A stretch of 64,000 nt of DNA, taken from Actinomycetota bacterium (GTDB lineage Bacteria; Actinomycetota; Acidimicrobiia; IMCC26256; VFJJ01). The stretch is taken from NCBI GenBank assembly GCA_009886115.1, contig VFJJ01000011.1, forward strand, positions 91,348 to 155,347. The letters run 5' to 3'. The position numbers and the translations under genes were made by a program. The notes under the pieces are model-generated. The model saw only the letters and a list, made by a program, of their open reading frames with translations, was not told the origin of the DNA and ran no database searches. Numbering within the stretch: the first letter of the stretch is position 1; every line of letters begins with the position of its first letter. Below, piece after piece: positions 27,860-37,928 of this stretch.

Positions 27860-30356
27860 CCTTTCCCCCTCATACCGCGTCGAGCCCGACGCCGAGTTCG
27901 CCGACCGCCTCGAGCGCGTCCTGGTGCAGCGGCTCACCGCCCCCGCCTCGTCGAGGCCGACCGAGGTCCCGCGCGTCACCACGGTGTCACGGATCGACAC
28001 CACGCCCGGCAACAGCTGGACGGGCGAGGACGATGCGTTGATCGACCTCGACTCGATGGGCGCCGCCCGCCGGCCGGCCCGTCGCCGGCTCGCGGCGACG
28101 ATCGCGCTGGGGGCTGCTGCGGCCGCGGTGTTGGCCGTGGCCCTCACGGCGGTGATCCGCATCGAGGACGAGCACGACCTTGCCGATGTGCCGCCGCCCA
28201 CACTGGCCGCCACCACGGTCACCACCGGCCCGCAATCCACGCCGTTCGAGGGCACCTGGGTGTCCACCGACGCCGACGGCTCGTCGCCGACCATGGAGAT
28301 CGCCCGCTCCGGCATCGACTTCGAGGTTGTCGTGCGTGACGACCCCGCCAGTGTCTGCTCAGGTGCGCCCTCGACCATGACCGGGACGGGACGGCTCGAC
28401 GCGAATGGGGCCCTGGTCATCCCGCAGCCCGTGCTGACTTGCGACGACGGGAGGACGCCCGAGGCACTCGACGGCTCGTCCTTGGAGGAGCTACTCCGCG
28501 ACCTGACCTTCCTCCACGACCCGCAGAACTACACCCTCACCGACAACCTCGGGTCCGTCTGGGCGCGCGTGGGTGGAGAGGGAGCGAGCCCTGCGCCCCC
28601 GGCGTCGGGCGGGATGTGGCCGCAGTCGAGCGCCGATGAGGTGAGCGAAGCCCAGGAGCTCGCCGACGCCGGCGACCCGGCTCACACATGGCAGGTCGAC
28701 CCGCAGCTGGCCTCCGAGGAGGGCTGGGGGCATCTCAATGACCCGGGGGCGGAGATCGTCGAGCGTTTCCTGCGGGAAGAGCTGGGGTGGGAGGAGTTCG
28801 TGTTCGACGTCTTCCAGGAGTACGTGCGCGACGTCGGCGACGGTGCCGATGGAGTCCACCGTGGCGTCACGTTCCTGCGGTGCGCACCCGGTGCGGCAAA
28901 TCCCCTGTACTCCGCTGGTGCGGACCAGCTGCCTGGGGCGCGGTGCGCGCCGACGATCGACGAGTTGCGCTACGAGACGGTGAGCGTTGACCTCTCCCAG
29001 CCCGACCGGCTGGGCCCGGATGGGATCTGGGTGGTGAGCGGGTGGCGGATCACCGAGCCGTTCATGCAGGCCGACCCGAGCGTGCTCGAGGCCGAGGCGA
29101 CAGCACACCTCGAGAACTTCCTGCAGGCACGCATCGATGGTGAAGGCGCCGAGGGGTACATCCTCTCGGAGGTACCGCTGCTGTATGCCACGACCGCCGG
29201 CGCCCGATACGAGCGGTTCGAGGTCGACCGGGTGAGCGAACCGCGGTGGCCATACGGTGGCATGGACTTCACGGTCCGGCTGTTCGCGGACGGCGGCGAG
29301 ACGGTCGTCGAGCAGCCGATCTCCCTGGAACACGACGGGTTTGTTGAGAGTGACGGGCTGCCGCCCAGGGCCACCCTCAGTTACTGGAATAACTACCCCA
29401 GGGAGACAACAGAGAACGGCCAGCCGGTGCCAGTGCCCTACGAGTTCCTCGACGGCGACGAGTTCCTCGACGGCGCGGTGACCGTCTCGGCAGCCGCCCC
29501 GTGGCTGAGGAGCCTGCACTTCGAGGCCGCCCTGGCGCTGGATGATCAGGCGCTCGAACGCGTGGCATTGGCGGTCGATTCGCTCCAGGTCAGCTGCCGT
29601 CCGATCCCGGCCGCCGCCGATGCCGCCGCCCTGGCTGCCAACCTCCAGGCTGACCCCGACCTGGTGGCCACCGCCGCGGTGGAGGTCACGATCGGCGGGA
29701 TCGCAGGACTGCAGATGGACCTCACCCTCGCTGCCGGGGCGAGCGCGTGCCCCGAGGACAGGTTGGGCAGCGAGCCTGACCCGGAGGACAGGATTCGAGG
29801 CACCGGTTTCCCGCTCGAGCTGGGGAGCCGCATGCGGCTCCACCTGCTCGACCTCCCCGAGGGATCGGGGACACCCATCCTCGCGATCGCGGTCGTCGCA
29901 CCCGACGCACGCTTCGAGGCCGTGGTCGACGCGGCAACGCCGATCATCGAGTCCATCGAGTTGCTGGGACCAGTCGACATCGCGGTTGGTGATGTGCTGC
30001 CCGAGGATTTCCGCGACTTCCTGGCCAGCGAGTTCGGCCTCGCGGTCGAAGACGCCAGTGAGCTGGCGGACTCGTTCGAGACCCTGGATAGCGTCGAGGA
30101 CGAGATAACGCTCCAGCGGTCGGGCTGGAGCGAGGCCGCGGAGATCCGCGTCTACCTGGGTCGACGTACCGACGACGGGGGCCTCGCCAGTACTGCCCAG
30201 TGGCCGGTAGGGGCAGCGGTCTGGGTCGTGGACGTCAACAATGCCGGGGTCCCGAGTGGAGCGGGCTTGGACCTCGCCGGCCGAGTCGTCCTCGTGCACG
30301 ACGCCGAGACCGGCGAGTCTCTGACCTACTTTCAGTCGGCACCGCAGGGACGGTGA
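27852..30356 (+). CDS. large single-TM protein, putative anti-sigma/sensor
   Basis: Overlaps sigma gene end; short cytoplasmic N-terminus, TM helix, large acidic external region. Confidence 0.7.
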   Translation: MPDLSPSYRVEPDAEFADRLERVLVQRLTAPASSRPTEVPRVTTVSRIDTTPGNSWTGEDDALIDLDSMGAARRPARRRLAATIALGAAAAAVLAVALTAVIRIEDEHDLADVPPPTLAATTVTTGPQSTPFEGTWVSTDADGSSPTMEIARSGIDFEVVVRDDPASVCSGAPSTMTGTGRLDANGALVIPQPVLTCDDGRTPEALDGSSLEELLRDLTFLHDPQNYTLTDNLGSVWARVGGEGASPAPPASGGMWPQSSADEVSEAQELADAGDPAHTWQVDPQLASEEGWGHLNDPGAEIVERFLREELGWEEFVFDVFQEYVRDVGDGADGVHRGVTFLRCAPGAANPLYSAGADQLPGARCAPTIDELRYETVSVDLSQPDRLGPDGIWVVSGWRITEPFMQADPSVLEAEATAHLENFLQARIDGEGAEGYILSEVPLLYATTAGARYERFEVDRVSEPRWPYGGMDFTVRLFADGGETVVEQPISLEHDGFVESDGLPPRATLSYWNNYPRETTENGQPVPVPYEFLDGDEFLDGAVTVSAAAPWLRSLHFEAALALDDQALERVALAVDSLQVSCRPIPAAADAAALAANLQADPDLVATAAVEVTIGGIAGLQMDLTLAAGASACPEDRLGSEPDPEDRIRGTGFPLELGSRMRLHLLDLPEGSGTPILAIAVVAPDARFEAVVDAATPIIESIELLGPVDIAVGDVLPEDFRDFLASEFGLAVEDASELADSFETLDSVEDEITLQRSGWSEAAEIRVYLGRRTDDGGLASTAQWPVGAAVWVVDVNNAGVPSGAGLDLAGRVVLVHDAETGESLTYFQSAPQGR

Positions 30357-30376
30357 CATGACACCCGATGCACGTT
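30345..30376 (+). repeat. 32-bp direct repeat, copy 2
   Basis: CAGGGACGGTGACATGACACCCGATGCACGTT. Confidence 0.85.
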
Positions 30377-30715
30377 CGTTTCCGGGCCGAGATACGGCTT
30401 TCGCCGGCAACGACCCACCACGTCGCCGGGCCGCTCGCATTTGTGCTGATGCCGGCCGGGCTCGCCGTGGCCGGACCTGAGTTCGGTGGTTGGACCGACG
30501 CCGTGAAGATCGACGAGGTCGCCGGCAACCATCCGGATGTGAACAGCACGTCCCTGGACGGCTGCCCGGCGCAGTCGCCGGTCGGCTTGCACCTGTTCAT
30601 GGCGTCCAACCGGACCGGGGGCCACCGCGGCGGGCTCGACACCTGGATGGCGTCGAGGCAGCACAGGGGCGACCCCTGGGGAGCCCCGCAGAACCTGCCG
30701 AGCCGATCAACCCCT
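30368..30715 (+). pseudogene. truncated PD40/WD40-like beta-propeller secreted protein
   Basis: VNS..DGCP..SP.GL.LFMASNR.GG..GGLD.W...W..P.NL; similarity stops near 30715. Confidence 0.55.
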
Positions 30716-30724
30716 GTGTGTCAG

Positions 30725-30818
30725 GCTCAGGCAGCTTCGAGATCTGACGGGACCCGTTCGATCCGTCGGTTCTGGAGCAGGGTGGGAAGGCTGAGCTGGT
30801 GGCCTCTGGTGGGTTCAT
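30725..30818 (-). pseudogene. possible frameshifted N-terminal remnant of a HEPN partner gene
   Basis: ATGA overlap with the MNT stop; shifted frame reads LLQNRRIERVPSDLEAA*. Confidence 0.4.
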
Positions 30819-31399
30819 GGTGCCGATTCCACCAGCGGCACGAGGGCGCCCCGCTGGAGCTCCTTGAGGAAGCCGGATCTGGCTGCTTTCCATTCGTGGG
30901 TGCTGACGACGGTGGGGTTGACCTCCCGACCGAGGGTCGTCTCGGTGTCTCGGCAGGCTCGGGTGACGTGGTCGATGTCGGCGTCGCCGATCACGATCAG
31001 GTCGATGTCGTGAGGTTCGGGCCCGGGTTCGCCTCGGTATCGTCGGGCCCACGATCCGTAGAGGTACGCCTTGTCGATCCCGGGGATGCGGGTGAGCGCC
31101 TGGCGCAGGACCGGCAGTGGTCCGAGTGCCTTGCTGAGCATCGAGGTCAGCTCTTGGTAGTAGAGGCCATCCCGGTTGGCTTGTACGAGACGCATCCTGC
31201 CGAGTCGCCGGTCGCTCACCAGGTCGGCGTCGACGAGCCGTTCGATCTCACGCGAGACTGTCTGTTGAGGGATGTCGGTCCGTTCGGCGATGCGCGCGAT
31301 GTGGTACTCGTCGTCGGGATGCAAGTAGAGCTCCCCGAGGATTCGCAACTGGTGCGCAGAGCGGAACAAGGGCATCAGGGCCGGGGGAGATGTACTCAC
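30815..31399 (-). CDS. winged-HTH + minimal nucleotidyltransferase (MNT antitoxin-like)
   Basis: N-terminal HTH (TVSREIERL), YGSWA...DIDLIVIG, REVNP. Confidence 0.85.
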   Translation of the reverse strand: MSTSPPALMPLFRSAHQLRILGELYLHPDDEYHIARIAERTDIPQQTVSREIERLVDADLVSDRRLGRMRLVQANRDGLYYQELTSMLSKALGPLPVLRQALTRIPGIDKAYLYGSWARRYRGEPGPEPHDIDLIVIGDADIDHVTRACRDTETTLGREVNPTVVSTHEWKAARSGFLKELQRGALVPLVESAP

Positions 31400-31466
31400 A
31401 CGACGAGTGTGGTCACCCGAAGTACGAGTGAATGGCGGTTCGTGGATGACCACTCTCGGACGACGA

Positions 31467-31586
31467 ATCGTTCCGCCATCGTTCCGCCAGACGGGCCGTC
31501 ATGGGCCGATACCGGACAGCATCAGATGGACGCCAGATAGGTTCTGAACAGCACAAACGAGCACTCGACAGCACCAGATGGACGCC
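31467..31586. repeat. short direct repeats next to attR (arm-site-like)
   Basis: ATCGTTCCGCC x2 at 31467-31488; GACAGCA(T/C)CAGATGGACGCC at 31515-31534 and 31567-31586. Confidence 0.7.
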
Positions 31587-31594
31587 CTCGGTCA

Positions 31595-31649
31595 GACTCA
31601 AAATCCGCTGCCGCAAGGTGTGTGGGTTCAGAATCCCACCTCGGGCACC
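31595..31649 (+). repeat. duplicated 3' part of tRNA-Leu (attR)
   Basis: Identical to 25542-25595 apart from a 1-nt insertion in the T loop. Confidence 0.92.
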
Positions 31650-31883
31650 GGCTGTGAGGGAACCCGCCCGGGCGGGGGTTCGTCCGAGCCAGCCGCACTG
31701 TGGCGACGCCCTCGACGAGTGCCTCGCGGCCCGGGGGGCGATGCCCGCTCGGGGTGATGCTGGTGTACAAACGTGCGCATTCTTCCGGTGACGGGAGTTC
31801 CGGCCGGCGTGACGTACAGCGGACAGGCCTTGGCGACGATGACCTCTCGTGGTCGTCGGGTCATCCGCGTGGAGGATCGATTG

Positions 31884-34166
31884 ATGCGTTTGCCCATCAG
31901 CAAGCTCGCCCTGGCGTTCGTCGTCGCTGCCCAGGCCGTCGTGGTGTCTGGAGCGGTGGTCACGGCCCAACCGGCGGGTGCTGCGGTCACGCAGGTCTGG
32001 CGTCAGGAATCTGCCGGGTGGAACCGCTCGTCGTCTCCGGCGATCGCCGACATCAACGGCGACGGCACCAACGAGATCGTCGTCGGGCACCAGGATGGGC
32101 TGCTGCGGGTGCTCAAGGCCGATGGCTCGCCGGTCGCGGGCTGGCCGCAGCCCGTGGTGATCTCGGGGAACACCCCCACCGCGATCGACAGCTCGCCGGC
32201 GATCGGCGATCTCGACGGTGACGGCAAGCCCGAGATCGTGGTGGGTGCCGGCTCGACCTGGGTGCAGAACCAGCATGGCGGTGTGGTGGCGTTCCGGGCC
32301 GACGGCACGGTCTTGTTCCGGTGGCAGGCCGCCGACGAGTTCACGGTGTGGGGCATGATCGCCCGCCGCGACGGGTACTCGGAGGGAGTGTTCTCGACCC
32401 CCGCCATCGGCGACGTCGACGGCGACGGCAAGAACGACGTGGTGTTCGGCGGCTGGGACATGCGCATCCACGCCCTCGATCGGACGGGCAAGGAGCTTCC
32501 CGGCTTTCCCGTGTGGAACGACGACACGATCTGGGCCTCTCCCGTGCTGTACGACGTCGACGCCGACGGCCGGCTCGAGATCCTCATCGGCGGGGCGAGC
32601 ACACTGGGCGGACAGGTCCCCTGGGATGGCGGCGTCTTTCGGATGATCGACTATCGCAACGGCACCCCGGTCGTGGCCTGGCAGGCCGGCAGCGCCGAGG
32701 TGTTCGACTCGAGCCCCGCGCTCGGCGACATCGACGGTGACGGCCGAATGGAGGTCGTCACCGCGAGCGGCGCCTACTACGACAACGCCGACAGTCGGAA
32801 GATCTACGCCTGGCACGCCGACGACGGCTCGCCGGTACCTGGCTGGCCGGTGTCGGTCTCGGGAATCGTGATGGCGTCGGTGGCCATCGGCGACGTGTCG
32901 CACGACGACGGCGGCAAGCCCGAGGTGATCGTCGGGAGCTGGGACGGAAGTGTCTGGGCCCTCCGGGGAACGGGTCAGATGCTGTGGAAGCGCCAGACCG
33001 ATGGCGGCATCGTCGACGGGCGCAAGATCAGCAATTCGCCGATCATCGCCGACCTCGACGGCAACGGGACCAACGACGTGGGCATCGGTAACTCGTACGC
33101 CTACTTCATCCTCAACGGCTCCACGGGAACGGTCCAGCAGACCGTCGCCGACTGGCAGAGCTACGAGGGCTCGGCAGCGCTGGGGAACTTCGGAAGCGCG
33201 GGATGGCGCTTGCTCATCAACAGCTTCGACACGCCGGGAAACCGCTCGTGGTTCACGGCCTACTCCGTCCCCGCACCCAAGGTCGATCCGCCGTGGCCGA
33301 TCTGGCGCAAGAACCTCCGGCGTCTGGGGGCCGCGTCTTCGGACGGGACGCCGCTCCCGCCATGGCAGTGCTCGAAGTCGGTCAATCCGCCGGGGAATCC
33401 CGACCCCAACTCCGGGAAGGGTTACTGGGTCCTGCTGTTCAACGGCACCGTGCAAGCCTTCGGGGCGCCGCATCTCGGCGACCTCGCCACCGCCGGCGTT
33501 CCGGGCAACGCCATCGGCCTGGCCGAAACGCCAGACGGAGCCGGATACTGGATCGTCAAGGGTGACGGCCGGGTGTTCGCGTTCGGCACGGCCCGACACC
33601 ACGGTGATGCCGCCGGGCAGGGCCACACGATCGTCTCGATCGCCCGTACCCGCACGGGTCTGGGGTATTGGCTCCTCACGTCGGGCGGCCGCGTGATCCC
33701 CTTCGGCGACGCGCGGCATTTCGGCGATCCATCGGCGATGCAGCTCAACCAGCCCGTCATCGCCATGACAGCGACCGCCGACGACGGCGGCTACTGGGTG
33801 CTGGCGCTTGACGGCGGTATCTTCTCGTACGGCAACGCCACCTTCTACGGCTCGGCCGGGGCCATGAGGCTCAATGCTCCCGTGATCTCCATGAGCTCCA
33901 CGGCCACGGGCATGGGGTATTGGCTGCTGGCTCGCGACGGAGGCATGTTCGCCTACGGCGATGCCCGCTTCCACGGATCGGCGCCGGGACTCGGCCTGTG
34001 CTCGGCCCCGAACGCCGTCGAGCTGCGCCGAACGGCTTCAGGCCGGGGGTACTTCACCCTCATGGCCGACGGCGGTATCTACAGCTACGGCGATGCCGCG
34101 TTCTTTGGCGCATCTCCGGGAGCGGCATGGTTCAATCCGCCCGTTGATATCGTCGTTCGGCTGTAG
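31884..34166 (+). CDS. secreted FG-GAP/VCBS repeat protein with C-terminal GYW repeats
   Basis: Signal peptide; about seven SSPA.GD.DGDG..E repeats; GYW...DGG.F.YG.A repeats. Confidence 0.88.
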   Translation: MRLPISKLALAFVVAAQAVVVSGAVVTAQPAGAAVTQVWRQESAGWNRSSSPAIADINGDGTNEIVVGHQDGLLRVLKADGSPVAGWPQPVVISGNTPTAIDSSPAIGDLDGDGKPEIVVGAGSTWVQNQHGGVVAFRADGTVLFRWQAADEFTVWGMIARRDGYSEGVFSTPAIGDVDGDGKNDVVFGGWDMRIHALDRTGKELPGFPVWNDDTIWASPVLYDVDADGRLEILIGGASTLGGQVPWDGGVFRMIDYRNGTPVVAWQAGSAEVFDSSPALGDIDGDGRMEVVTASGAYYDNADSRKIYAWHADDGSPVPGWPVSVSGIVMASVAIGDVSHDDGGKPEVIVGSWDGSVWALRGTGQMLWKRQTDGGIVDGRKISNSPIIADLDGNGTNDVGIGNSYAYFILNGSTGTVQQTVADWQSYEGSAALGNFGSAGWRLLINSFDTPGNRSWFTAYSVPAPKVDPPWPIWRKNLRRLGAASSDGTPLPPWQCSKSVNPPGNPDPNSGKGYWVLLFNGTVQAFGAPHLGDLATAGVPGNAIGLAETPDGAGYWIVKGDGRVFAFGTARHHGDAAGQGHTIVSIARTRTGLGYWLLTSGGRVIPFGDARHFGDPSAMQLNQPVIAMTATADDGGYWVLALDGGIFSYGNATFYGSAGAMRLNAPVISMSSTATGMGYWLLARDGGMFAYGDARFHGSAPGLGLCSAPNAVELRRTASGRGYFTLMADGGIYSYGDAAFFGASPGAAWFNPPVDIVVRL

Positions 34167-34309
34167 TCAAAGCACTGGTGGCCGACCGTCGCGCCGCGAC
34201 GCAACGCGGGCCATGGCTCCTTGGACTCATGATCATTGGGGCAACGGAGCCTGGCGTCTAGGATCGAATCGGCCCGCTCGGTCGTGGATGGTTCGCCTGG
34301 AGGCGTCAC

Positions 34310-35611
34310 GTGACCCCCGAAGATTCTGTGACCATCGACGTCGCGGCGCCGGGACGTGATGCACCACTGAGGATCACGGGGTCGGCCAGCGATTTCGGGG
34401 TCATGGGCGCGGTCGCTCGCGGCGGCGGAGCCTACGAGCCGGGGCCCATGACCTTCATGGCCCACACCATCGAGCCCGGTTGGCAGTGCCTCGACATCGG
34501 AGCCAACATCGGGATCCTCGCGTCGGCGATGGCTCAGGCCTGCATGCCCGGCAAGACGGTGGCATTCGAGCCGGCCAAGTCGGCCTACAGCTATCTCTGC
34601 GCCAACCTCGAAGCCAACGCCGCAGCGAACGCCACCGCACTGCGCATCGGCATCTACTCCGATTCCGGATCGATGGATCTGAGCCATGCGCAAGGCCATC
34701 CCGGGGGCGCTCACCTGTCAGCCGAGGGACGTGTGGCCGACGACAACCTGGAACAGGTGCCCGTCGTCGCGCTCGACACATGGATCGAGGAGAACGGATT
34801 CGGCCCGGTCAACTTCGTGAAGATCGATGTCGAAGGTTCGGAAATGCACGTCCTCGACGGTGGTCGGGCCACATTCGCCACGCGTCCCGTATTGCTCATC
34901 GAGTGCAATCCCCTCGCGCTGAAGCGCTTCCACGGGGCGTCGGCCGTCGACCTCTATTCGCGCTTGCAGGTGATCTACGGTGAGGTTGGACACCTCGCTG
35001 GTGACGGGCTCCCGGTCAAGATCTCGTCCCCGGCGGAGTTGGTCGACCTGCTCGAACGCCAGGGAATCCTCGATCTCGTGGCCGGGGTCGAGCTGCACGA
35101 CCGGCGCACCATCAAGACCCGCATCATGTCGCCCGTCGTGCGGCTGGCCAGCTATCTGGCTCATCGCCCGGCGGCCGTGAAGGTGTCGCGTCGCTTCGGC
35201 GTGACCAGGTTTCCCAGGTCCCGCTTCGTTCTCGAACCTCGGTACGCCATCACCTTCTCGGTGAATCGCCTCGTCGTGTCGGTCTCGTCGTTGGTGACCG
35301 TTCCGGTCACGATCACCAACACCAGCACGGGCTGGTACTCGAGCTCCTTCCCCAACCACCCGGTATGTGTCTCGTACCACTGGGCGCGAGATGGCGAGGT
35401 GATCGAGCTCGACGGGATCCGAACGTTCCTTCCCGAGCCGCTCGGCCCGGGCCAGACGGTGGAGCTTCCGCTCACCGTCGCCGTCCCGGACGGCGCGGGG
35501 GAGTACGAGTTGCAGGTGGCCCTGGTGCAGGAGTCGTTCGCCTGGTTCGACCAGATCGACGACCGCCTGGCCTTCTGCCTTCCCTGTCAGGTTCGATCGC
35601 CGGCGTCCTAG
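34310..35611 (+). CDS. FkbM-family methyltransferase with C-terminal Ig-like domain
   Basis: DIGANIG, AFEP, KIDVEGSE; C-terminal V.ITNT..W...YHW...L.PG domain. Confidence 0.88.
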   Translation: MTPEDSVTIDVAAPGRDAPLRITGSASDFGVMGAVARGGGAYEPGPMTFMAHTIEPGWQCLDIGANIGILASAMAQACMPGKTVAFEPAKSAYSYLCANLEANAAANATALRIGIYSDSGSMDLSHAQGHPGGAHLSAEGRVADDNLEQVPVVALDTWIEENGFGPVNFVKIDVEGSEMHVLDGGRATFATRPVLLIECNPLALKRFHGASAVDLYSRLQVIYGEVGHLAGDGLPVKISSPAELVDLLERQGILDLVAGVELHDRRTIKTRIMSPVVRLASYLAHRPAAVKVSRRFGVTRFPRSRFVLEPRYAITFSVNRLVVSVSSLVTVPVTITNTSTGWYSSSFPNHPVCVSYHWARDGEVIELDGIRTFLPEPLGPGQTVELPLTVAVPDGAGEYELQVALVQESFAWFDQIDDRLAFCLPCQVRSPAS

Positions 35612-35850
35612 CCGCTCCGAGCGTCGTCTCCTTGTCCCGGGACCGCTACCCTGAGCCCGTCACGCATGCATCGGCGGTTCAGCCGTGATCGATGCTGACG
35701 GACCAGAGCGGGAGCGGCGAGCTCCTCGGTGGCGGCCGATGTCTTCTGGACGCCACTCACCTTGCGCACGAACTGGCGAGCCGCCGCTTCGATCTCGTCG
35801 GCGGTCACCGGCGGTTCGAGACCTCGTAGCGTCGTGATGTTTCTGCACAT
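35608..35850 (-). pseudogene. DUF2277-like protein, probably truncated
   Basis: MCRNI..L...EPP.T..EI.AAA.QFVRKVSG; resemblance lost after about 43 aa. Confidence 0.55.
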
Positions 35851-35935
35851 CCTCGAAGCCTTGCACGGTCGGAGTGCGCGCCCCGTGCCATCGGCATCGT
35901 GCAGCGCCGCCACAGTGCCCGTCGCCCCAACCGCG

Positions 35936-35977
35936 TGTGTCCGGTTCGCGATTCCGCGGAATCACGAACCGGACACA
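35936..35977. repeat. 42-bp near-perfect palindrome
   Basis: TGTGTCCGGTTCGCGATTCCG|CGGAATCACGAACCGGACACA, one mismatch. Confidence 0.85.
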
Positions 35978-36029
35978 TAGAGGGACGGCAGTCGCCGTGA
36001 CCGCGCCCGGCCGTCCTGGGAGCGTGAGG

Positions 36030-37184
36030 TCAGGGAGTCAGCGGCTGGACGGTCACGGTGATGGTGGCCGATGAGCCCAGCGCCAGCCCGGAGGCGTCGA
36101 TGGCCTCGATCCGGTAGGTGTAGGTCTGACCGGCCTCGACATGGATGTCGACCCAGGAGGTGATCGAGGGGCCGCCCCAGATGGTCATCGACTCGGCGCC
36201 ACCGGGCCCCGTCTTGTGCAGGCGATGCTGGGCCGTGGCCGGGTTGCCCAATGGGCTCCAATAGCAGTTCATGGAGATCCACCCGTCGTTGCGCTTGCAC
36301 ACGAGCGACATGCTCTCGGCCGAGCCCGCCGGCGGCGGGGCCGGTGACGTGGTGGGAGTCGTCCAGGGCGCGGCAGTGGTCGAGGTCACGCCGGCGGGCG
36401 GAGCCGTCGTGGCGGTGGTGGCAGGTCCGGTCTCGGGCGTCGGAGTCGATGTCGATGTCGACTCGCTGGGCCCGGTGCCCGGGAATCCCGCTGGAGGCGA
36501 CCCCGCAGGAGCGGGTCCCGTCGTCGGCGGCTGCGGCGGCGCGGCCGTCGTGCCGGCGGCCGCGGCGGTCGTGGCCGGCGTGGTGGTGGCCGCGGTGGCC
36601 GTCGTCGCCGTCGTCGCCGTCACCACGACGGGTGCGGGTGCGCTCTCGACCTCGTCGAGTTCTTTGCCGTTTCCGGGGGTGCCCGGGGCCGTGCCGTCGT
36701 CGCCCGCTCCCGGGTCGTCGAGCTCGAAGGGTGCGATGCCATCGAAGGTCTCGGCGAACTGGTGCTGGAGCGGGTCGGGGAGCACGCCAGCTGAGCCGGC
36801 TCCACCCGATGCCGCGGCTGCGGCGCCGATCCCGAACGTGAGCTTGCCGACAACCGACAACCCGGCGATGAAATGCTTGACCACCATGATCTTTCTCCTC
36901 CACTTCGGAAGTCCGGCCACCTGCGGCGCAGGCCCGTCGACGTTGCTTGCTGCGGTCGCCCGCAGGTCGCCCTTTTCGGTGGAGACACCATGGAGGAAGA
37001 TGCTCGACAGCGCCGAGGACGGTTGGGGAACCGGCCCGGCGCCGAGCAGCCGCACGTCGGCGATGAACGCCGAAAGCATCGGGTGTTCGACACCCGAGCG
37101 GCCGGCGATGATCGCCTCGATGCTGCGTTCGTCGAGCGTCGCAGTCCGTGGCATCTCGTCACCGTCATCGTGGAAGCGGGTCAT
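36030..37184 (-). CDS. putative anti-sigma/membrane protein with Thr/Pro linker and FN3-like C-terminus
   Basis: ATGA overlap with ECF sigma; hydrophobic segment; GQTYTYRIEA. Confidence 0.65.
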   Translation of the reverse strand: MTRFHDDGDEMPRTATLDERSIEAIIAGRSGVEHPMLSAFIADVRLLGAGPVPQPSSALSSIFLHGVSTEKGDLRATAASNVDGPAPQVAGLPKWRRKIMVVKHFIAGLSVVGKLTFGIGAAAAASGGAGSAGVLPDPLQHQFAETFDGIAPFELDDPGAGDDGTAPGTPGNGKELDEVESAPAPVVVTATTATTATAATTTPATTAAAAGTTAAPPQPPTTGPAPAGSPPAGFPGTGPSESTSTSTPTPETGPATTATTAPPAGVTSTTAAPWTTPTTSPAPPPAGSAESMSLVCKRNDGWISMNCYWSPLGNPATAQHRLHKTGPGGAESMTIWGGPSITSWVDIHVEAGQTYTYRIEAIDASGLALGSSATITVTVQPLTP

Positions 37185-37783
37185 CGGGGTACGGCCTCCT
37201 CCGCGTTGGCCGAAAGCTTTCGGCGGAGTTGCTCGAAGGCGCGCCGTTGGAGCGCTTTGACCGCTCCCGGGCTCTTGCCGACCACATCGGCCACCTGTTC
37301 GACCGTCAGGTCGCCTACGATCCGCAGCAAGACCACGTCGCGCTGATCTGGCATGAGACTGTCGCAGAGCGCCCGGACGTGCTCGCGGCTCAGTTGCTCG
37401 AGGGCCCCGTCGGACGCGTCGCCGGGGGCGGCGAGACCGACGGTGTCACCCATGTCGTCGACGGGCTGATGTTGTACGAAGCCGTTGCGGCGTATGGTCT
37501 TCCGGCGCTCGTCCTGCAGCCGGTTGTGGGCGATCACGAAGACGAACGATCGGAACTGCGCACCGTCGCCGGCGAAACGGCCGATCGACTTCACGAGCGC
37601 GAGGAACACCTCGCTGGTGAGGTCGTCGGGCTCACGAGCGCCCTGGCCCCGGAAGTAGCCGGCGACGGCGGGCGCGAGCGCGTGGTACAGCGTCTCCCAC
37701 GCTGCGCCCATCCCCGAGCGCGCGTCGGCGAGGGTCGACGCGAACGCCTCCGGCGACAGGCCGTGGTGGGGCCGAGCACTCAC
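37181..37783 (-). CDS. ECF RNA polymerase sigma factor
   Basis: DDLTSEVF, FVIAHNR, DQRDVVLLR, GAVKALQRRA. Confidence 0.9.
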   Translation of the reverse strand: MSARPHHGLSPEAFASTLADARSGMGAAWETLYHALAPAVAGYFRGQGAREPDDLTSEVFLALVKSIGRFAGDGAQFRSFVFVIAHNRLQDERRKTIRRNGFVQHQPVDDMGDTVGLAAPGDASDGALEQLSREHVRALCDSLMPDQRDVVLLRIVGDLTVEQVADVVGKSPGAVKALQRRAFEQLRRKLSANAEEAVPR

Positions 37784-37928
37784 CGTCCACCGATCGGCAC
37801 ATCGCGCCGCCCGCTGGAGTGCTCGTCGGGGGAGCACCTCGGAGAAGACCGGGTTCTCAGCCCGAGAGCTCACAAGTGCTCGACCGAGGGGCGCGGCTCC
37901 GGGCCGGGCCGGGCATCCTCGCCGGGGG

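Larger units (their letters stand above)
25597..31649. mobile_element. decayed genomic island integrated at tRNA-Leu, no integrase visible
   Basis: Bounded by direct repeats 25542-25595 and 31595-31649; TA-like genes and gene fragments inside. Confidence 0.8.

Noticed and set aside
31595..31649. Second tRNA-Leu gene
   Set aside because: Lacks the 5' acceptor strand and D arm and has a T-loop insertion; it is an att repeat.
31660..31681. Terminator after attR
   Set aside because: Imperfect GC hairpin with no U tract; too weak to call.
31413..33974. Long antisense and alternative-frame ORFs (853 aa here, many similar elsewhere)
   Set aside because: Shadows of real genes caused by high-GC codon bias; no motifs.
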